The translations under genes and the position numbers were made by a program. A model generated the notes under the pieces. It searched no databases. It saw only the letters and a list, made by a program, of their open reading frames with translations, and had not been told where the DNA came from. Positions 59,380 to 64,000 of a DNA stretch of 64,000 nucleotides are shown here, piece after piece; position 1 is the stretch's first letter; each line of letters opens with the position of its first letter. Origin of the DNA: Thermodesulfobacteriota bacterium (lineage in GTDB: Bacteria; Desulfobacterota; BSN033; UBA1163); assembly GCA_047519465.1 (NCBI GenBank), contig JAPVTA010000102.1:2297-66296 (forward strand). The letters run 5' to 3'.

Positions 59380-60261
59380 CTAAGTTTTTAGATTCGTCAT
59401 TGTCTCAAGGACTTTAATCAGTTCGTGGACTTCAGCGTTTTCCATCCCTAAGGAAAGAGCCGAGAGGTAATATTGGTAGGCAGCAGAGGCCACAATTAAA
59501 GGGGTCCTCACCCTCCTACTATCATTAATCACCAGCCCGATGTCTTTGCACATCTGACCCAGCCCCCCAACTGCCGGAGTATTCTCGAGTATACTGGATG
59601 TAATGAGCCTGAACCAATCACTTCCGGAAATACCACTTCCCACAACCTTGCAGACCAGCATTGGGTCCAACCCTTGTTTTTTAGCCAAGGTAATTACTTC
59701 AATAGTAGCTGCAAGGGTGGTGGCCACAAGGAGCTGGTTACAATGTTTAACCAGTTGTGCTAATCCAGGTTTTTCACCCACATAGGTGATTTTACCCTGC
59801 ACTTCAAGAAGAGCCCGGCATTTCTCTATGAGTCCTTTATCCCCTGCCGCGATAATGGTCAATGTCCCAGCCTCTATTCTCGGAGGTCCACCTGTCACAG
59901 GTGCGTCTATAAATCCTACCCCTTTTGCTGCACACTGTTCAGCTACCCATTCCAGATTCTCTTTATCGATAGTGGACATGCAGATGACCCTTGCATCTTT
60001 ATTGGATCCATTGAGGATGCCATCCGTACCGGTCACCACCTGAATGACCTGTTGGTCGTTTAAAACATAGACGATGACCTTTCCAGCCTTTTCCGCCACT
60101 TCTCTACTATTTCTCAACGCAGTCCCACCGGCTTTTGTAAATTCTCGAATCACCTCAGGTCTCCGAGCATATCCGAATACATTGTAACCTTCTTTGATAT
60201 ACTTTTTTGCGGCCACCATTCCCATTCGCCCTAAGCCGATGACTCCTATCGTTTCAGGCAT
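59380..60261 (-). CDS. NAD(P)-dependent 3-hydroxyisobutyrate/6-phosphogluconate-dehydrogenase-like oxidoreductase
   Basis: N-terminal Rossmann IGVIGLGRMGMVAAKK; 293 aa, HIBADH family size. Confidence 0.8.
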   Translation of the reverse strand: MPETIGVIGLGRMGMVAAKKYIKEGYNVFGYARRPEVIREFTKAGGTALRNSREVAEKAGKVIVYVLNDQQVIQVVTGTDGILNGSNKDARVICMSTIDKENLEWVAEQCAAKGVGFIDAPVTGGPPRIEAGTLTIIAAGDKGLIEKCRALLEVQGKITYVGEKPGLAQLVKHCNQLLVATTLAATIEVITLAKKQGLDPMLVCKVVGSGISGSDWFRLITSSILENTPAVGGLGQMCKDIGLVINDSRRVRTPLIVASAAYQYYLSALSLGMENAEVHELIKVLETMTNLKT

Positions 60262-60294
60262 CTCTACCTCCTCAGTTGAAATAAAAATTCATAA

Positions 60295-60909
60295 TCATTG
60301 GGTCATCTTTTTTAATAATTTCGCTGCCCGATGAGGGTTAAACGCTCCACACAAACAAGGCTTCGCCAGCTCGACGGCCGCCTTCCCGATGGTGATTTTT
60401 TTCTTCTTGACGTCCTCCACCATTTTCTTGACGAGAATACCGGAAACCAGCCCATGACCGCACATGGTGACGAAGTCAAGGATCTCGGGCGGCCATATCT
60501 TTTCTGTATTGCCGTGAATCCCCAATGCGAACTCAATCAGCGGCGGGTTAATCCCAGCCTTCTTGCAACAATCAAAAACTTCATCAAACAAACCTGAGAC
60601 CACGACCGAAATCCCGATATTTTTTTCTCTTAATTCTTTCATGCATGCAATGAGGTTCTTCTTATCCTTAAATACCACCTGCCAACCCACGGTGTGTTTC
60701 TCCATGATCTCTTTGGGAGGCATCATAAATTGGTTAGCAACTTTACAGTCCCCAAAATTTAGATCCGTGTATTTTCTCGCAATCTCGGCCATCTGTTTTA
60801 AACGCTCTCCAGCACCGATATCATTATATCCTCTTGCCACATGGGTCAGCATTGGAAAATCTTCTTTGAAGCTCTCGATGTCTCCTGTACGATGCAGTGT
60901 ATGTGTCAT
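60295..60909 (-). CDS. Hypothetical conserved protein
   Basis: 204-aa ORF with coding-like composition, co-oriented with neighbours; no motif recognised. Confidence 0.4.
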   Translation of the reverse strand: MTHTLHRTGDIESFKEDFPMLTHVARGYNDIGAGERLKQMAEIARKYTDLNFGDCKVANQFMMPPKEIMEKHTVGWQVVFKDKKNLIACMKELREKNIGISVVVSGLFDEVFDCCKKAGINPPLIEFALGIHGNTEKIWPPEILDFVTMCGHGLVSGILVKKMVEDVKKKKITIGKAAVELAKPCLCGAFNPHRAAKLLKKMTQ

Positions 60910-60926
60910 CAGACCTTCTTCAATTC

Positions 60927-61793
60927 TTATTTGTTCAAGACTCTTCCCAGTCCCAGGTTCACTTTTCCGTTAGGATAAACGGGAAATCCCAATTGTTTTG
61001 CGATTTCAAGCGCTGGGCCCTTCTCTCTCTCCTCCGGGAATGAGATCAGATCAACAGAGAAAACAGTCTCCACCTTCGCAGAAACGTCCTTCAGTGATTG
61101 AAGAACTCCTTTAAGCTGGTTGGGTTTCACTTCGAACTCAATAATGGCAGAGAGAACCCTTTCGTCCTTCAGCTCCGGTTTGAGCCTTCCAGTTTTCACA
61201 TCCTCAAACAAAAATGTCACCGGGTTCCTGGGCTCAAAGACAATCCCTTTCTTGGCCAGAACCAGGGCGATTGTTTCAAGGTCTTTTAACCTTGCCCCAA
61301 CTCCAGGACGGCCAACCTCAACCGCCATTCCCCAGGAGCCCCGTTTAAAACGGCCAGTGACCTCATTGGTTTTCATCTCCTCCGTCCCCCTGCCAGGGAC
61401 TCCGGTCTCCTTGTGCTCTACCATTGGGTCGCTAAAGGCTCGACGCACTACCCTCGGCCAACTAAGTTCCGGAAGATAAATGGCCTGAGGTTTACACACT
61501 TGAGCTCTGAAGCAAACGCCACACTCTACACACTCTTCCTCATCAATCCTTGATTTCTTTTTCTTCGGATTTTGTTTCTCCTGAAAGAGCTGAATCGCTC
61601 CAACAGGGCAGTAACTTACGCATCGCCCGCATCCCACACACCTATCTATGTCAATACGCACTTGAAACCTTTCCTCTTCGTCCCAACCCACTTCAACCGG
61701 GCAAGGGCGATATCTGTTTGAAATTGACCGGAATGTTCCCCGCAAGCCCTGCCCTGCAGCTGCCTGCCAGTAGGCACGGGCGGGGCGCTTCAC
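60927..61793 (-). CDS. 4Fe-4S dicluster-domain protein with an uncharacterised C-terminal domain
   Basis: CVGCGRCVSYCP and CVECGVCFRAQVC ferredoxin motifs. Confidence 0.6.
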   Translation of the reverse strand: MKRPARAYWQAAAGQGLRGTFRSISNRYRPCPVEVGWDEEERFQVRIDIDRCVGCGRCVSYCPVGAIQLFQEKQNPKKKKSRIDEEECVECGVCFRAQVCKPQAIYLPELSWPRVVRRAFSDPMVEHKETGVPGRGTEEMKTNEVTGRFKRGSWGMAVEVGRPGVGARLKDLETIALVLAKKGIVFEPRNPVTFLFEDVKTGRLKPELKDERVLSAIIEFEVKPNQLKGVLQSLKDVSAKVETVFSVDLISFPEEREKGPALEIAKQLGFPVYPNGKVNLGLGRVLNK

Positions 61794-61800
61794 AATGGTG

Positions 61801-62646
61801 CTATCTTTTCAGGGCAGCCATCAGCTTCGGAAGCTCTCCCTCAACCATGTTGTATGTATGCTGAGCTTCCGGGAACCGACCGGCCCGCACATCGTTGGCA
61901 TAAGCCTCAAAGGCCTTCAGAGTCTCTCCAGCCAGATCAGCATATTTTTTTACAAATTTGGCTGTGAAGGCCTGAAAGATTCCAAGGATATCGCTGACGA
62001 TCATAAGCTGGCCGTCTGCTTCGATCCCGGCACCAATACTGTACACCGGAATGGTCAATTTATCCCGTATGATCTTGCAGACCTCCGGCGGAACAGCCTC
62101 CACCAAGAGGGAAAAAGCCCCTGCTTTTTCGACGGCCTTCGCATCCTCGATCAGTTCGAGGGCAGTCTCTACTGTTCGGCCCTGTGCCTTGAACCCTCCC
62201 AACTGGCCCGAACTCTGAGGTGTTAGACCAATGTGACCCATGACTAACATTCCAGCATCTACAATCGCCCTGATTTGGGGACAAACCCTCCGGCCTCCTT
62301 CCAGCTTGATTGCATCGACTCGAGCTTCTTTGAAAAACCGGCCAGCGTTGCGGACCGCCTCATCAATGTTGACCTGATAGGACAAAAAAGGCATGTCACC
62401 GATAACAAAGGTGTTGGGTGCGCCACGGCGTACGGCTTCCGAATGGTAGATACACTGGTCCATAGTAACAGGGATGGTTCCCTCATAACCATAGATGCAC
62501 ATCCCAAGAGAGTCTCCCACCAGGATCATGTCCATGCCTGATTTTTCTACAAACTGGGCGGTCCAGTAGTCATATGCAGTGATCCAAACTGCTTTCTTTC
62601 TTGACAGCTTCATTTCCTGAAGATCGAAACGCGTTAGCTTCCTCAT
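61801..62646 (-). CDS. panB: 3-methyl-2-oxobutanoate hydroxymethyltransferase-like (PanB / PEP-mutase-ICL superfamily)
   Basis: VWITAYDYWTAQFVEKSGMDMILVGDSLGM is typical of PanB. Confidence 0.7.
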   Translation of the reverse strand: MRKLTRFDLQEMKLSRKKAVWITAYDYWTAQFVEKSGMDMILVGDSLGMCIYGYEGTIPVTMDQCIYHSEAVRRGAPNTFVIGDMPFLSYQVNIDEAVRNAGRFFKEARVDAIKLEGGRRVCPQIRAIVDAGMLVMGHIGLTPQSSGQLGGFKAQGRTVETALELIEDAKAVEKAGAFSLLVEAVPPEVCKIIRDKLTIPVYSIGAGIEADGQLMIVSDILGIFQAFTAKFVKKYADLAGETLKAFEAYANDVRAGRFPEAQHTYNMVEGELPKLMAALKR

Positions 62647-62723
62647 GTGTCTTCACCTCTCATGATTCAGTCGCTTGGCCTTCCTTTTAGGAAGGCGCCA
62701 TGTCTCTTAATACCCTTCTCCTT

Positions 62724-63503
62724 TTATCTTACCCTCTGGTCCTGATCGCGATAGTACTCTTGAATCGCCCTTTGAACGTCTGAAATGTGCTTCTCCATTT
62801 GAGAGATCGCCTTTGAGCGGCTTCTATCTTTAACGGCTTGATAGATATTCTGGTGGAATTTGAAAGATCGCTTCAGCATATAGGGCAAGAGATGAAAGGA
62901 TTCCCGCATATATTGTTCCATGAAACCCCGGATGGTCACGAAGAGGTTGACGAGGAAGCGGTTATGAGAAGCCTTGGCAATCAAGAAGTGGAAGGCGACA
63001 TCCTGTTCGATGTAGTCATCAATCCTTCCTTCTTTGATCGACCGGGTCATCTCCTTAATCAGAAGCCCCATCTCATTGATCTGTTCGGGGCTCGCGTTTT
63101 TTACAGATAACCCCGCTGTTCCGGTTTCTATGAATCGCCTCGCCTCGATCAGTTCAATGGAAGCCTGTTTATCCGATATGAGGGGAGGCGCCAGATGGTC
63201 GGTGAAGAGGGCAGGGATACGGGAACGGAGGACCGTGCCGTAACCAGGCCGCTGTTCGAAGACTCCGATGCGGGTCAAGGTACTTAAAGCCTCTCTGAGA
63301 GAGGTGCGGCTCACGCCCAGCTGGGCCGCGAACACGTTCTGATTGGGCACCTTATCGCCCTCTTTGAGTTCGCCGCTCTGTATCATCCGTTTGATCTCCT
63401 CGATCACGGAGTCGGCCAGCTTCTTCTTGTTGATCGGCGCCACGGGGTCCTCCAATTTGTATGATGATGTTACTTTCTTACCAGAGCACAATTTTCTTGT
63501 CAA
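62724..63503 (-). CDS. GntR/FadR-family transcriptional regulator (FCD domain)
   Basis: wHTH AAQLGVSRTSLREAL plus a C-terminal FCD-like helical domain. Confidence 0.75.
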   Translation of the reverse strand: MTRKLCSGKKVTSSYKLEDPVAPINKKKLADSVIEEIKRMIQSGELKEGDKVPNQNVFAAQLGVSRTSLREALSTLTRIGVFEQRPGYGTVLRSRIPALFTDHLAPPLISDKQASIELIEARRFIETGTAGLSVKNASPEQINEMGLLIKEMTRSIKEGRIDDYIEQDVAFHFLIAKASHNRFLVNLFVTIRGFMEQYMRESFHLLPYMLKRSFKFHQNIYQAVKDRSRSKAISQMEKHISDVQRAIQEYYRDQDQRVR

Positions 63504-63712
63504 GGGGAAAAATATCGAGATTTTTCTCCCATTAGGTTATTTGTCCATTACTTCGATGAGACTTCTTTTCTGTCTACGAGGATTGAAAGCGTTGAACCTT
63601 GCGGGCGAAAATCTAAGAAATCGTTTGGGATTCCGTCCCAATGATTTCTCAATTTTGGCCCTCGTTGAGGTGAAACAAGGAAAACAGAAGGAAGCCAAGG
63701 CAATGCCTAGAT

Positions 63713-63795
63713 GGGCAACCGCTATATCAAGAAGTTCTGTCAGATTGACGAGGCGATCCAATACCGCAGTCTGGATCGAAACCTCATCTCCTGAT
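63713..63795 (+). repeat. Degenerate, internally deleted copy of the comM 3' end (copy 3)
   Basis: ccgctatatcaagaagttctgtcagattgacgagg (like 26965-27000) is fused to cgatccaataccgcagtctggatcgaaacctcatctcctga (like 27139-27179), an in-frame 138-bp deletion. Confidence 0.8.
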
Positions 63796-63805
63796 CGTCG
63801 CTCTT

Positions 63806-64000
63806 AGACCATTTCCGGTTTCAGAACCCAGTCCACTGCCCATCTTCCTGGTTCTTTCTTTTCCAAACAGAAGATGGCGCTGTATCGAAACAGGACGGTC
63901 TTTGCTCCCTCGTCGCCACACACAAGAAAGGAGGCGAGCTTCTCCAGGAATGGCAGGTGGCCGACAATCATCAGGTCCTCTGCTTCCTTGGATATCCGTT
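63806..64000 (-). CDS. Partial CDS (C-terminal end), histidine-phosphatase / SixA-like
   Basis: Frame reads ...DLMIVGHLPFLEKLASFLVCGDEGAKTVLFRYSAIFCLEKKEPGRWAVDWVLKPEMV*; VGH(N/L)P is typical of the SixA/PGM family; truncated by the window end. Confidence 0.3.

Noticed and set aside
63343-63807. 154-aa plus-strand ORF spanning the comM-fragment copy 3
   Set aside because: Overlaps the GntR gene start in antisense and merely reads through the degenerate comM remnant; more likely a scar than an expressed gene.
1-64000. Search for CRISPR arrays, rRNA, tRNA genes, IS transposases and integrases
   Set aside because: No regularly spaced direct repeats with unique spacers. No intergenic segment with recognisable tRNA cloverleaf ends. 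No ORF with transposase DDE or tyrosine-recombinase signatures. The repeats found are short palindromic REP-like elements, not CRISPR repeats.

Overview
This 64-kb window is a metagenome-style Gram-negative anaerobe contig (about 50% GC). Gene content suggests a Desulfobacterota- or Nitrospirota-like organism, but I cannot confirm the taxon from sequence alone. It is a mosaic of four blocks.

(i) 1-11.3 kb is an accessory, envelope- and secretion-oriented block on the minus strand. It holds a creD/creB/creC-like two-component cluster, a VapBC toxin-antitoxin pair, an M4 protealysin-like protease with a downstream emfourin-like inhibitor gene, patatin, an S1/P1-nuclease/PLC-like enzyme, a CPBP protease, a lipoprotein, and a cytoplasmic trypsin-like protease with an unknown upstream partner.

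(ii) 11.8-21.6 kb is a core housekeeping block: kdsB, a secreted Cys-rich tandem-repeat protein, a lipoprotein, carD/cdnL, a PIN-TRAM protein, ispD, ispF, gltX and cysS. The PIN-TRAM to cysS run is the well-known Firmicutes yacL-ispD-ispF-gltX..cysS order.

(iii) 21.97-25.2 kb is a single 1068-aa protein. It fuses an Arch_ATPase/STAND-like NTPase, about eight TPR repeats and a C-terminal gamma-glutamyl-cyclotransferase (GGCT/AIG2)-like domain. It sits divergently next to comM/yifB.

(iv) 27.2-63.8 kb holds two consecutive metabolic segments, each ending in a copy of the last ~80-130 bp of comM. That looks like the scar of tandem site-specific insertions at the comM 3' end. Segment 1 carries an MFS transporter, a tungsten-type aldehyde:ferredoxin oxidoreductase (AOR) with an Fe-ADH, thiolase, acyl/aryl-CoA ligase, acyl-CoA dehydrogenase, a complete Liv-type ABC importer, a VOC protein and a TetR regulator. 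Segment 2 carries an E. coli ydhYVWXUT-like membrane-associated AOR-family complex (Tat-DUF362 protein, Tat 4Fe-4S protein, a 675-aa AOR-family catalytic subunit, cytochrome b). It also carries a MoaD-like protein, a second Fe-ADH plus AOR pair, a second Liv-type ABC importer, and a small catabolic cluster (amidohydrolase, HIBADH-like dehydrogenase, ferredoxin-domain protein, PanB-like enzyme, GntR regulator).

Several families of GC-rich palindromic or REP/MITE-like intergenic repeats recur across the window. No rRNA, tRNA, CRISPR array, transposase or integrase was recognisable. The ORF track uses TTG/GTG starts, so several starts were re-assigned using RBS context.
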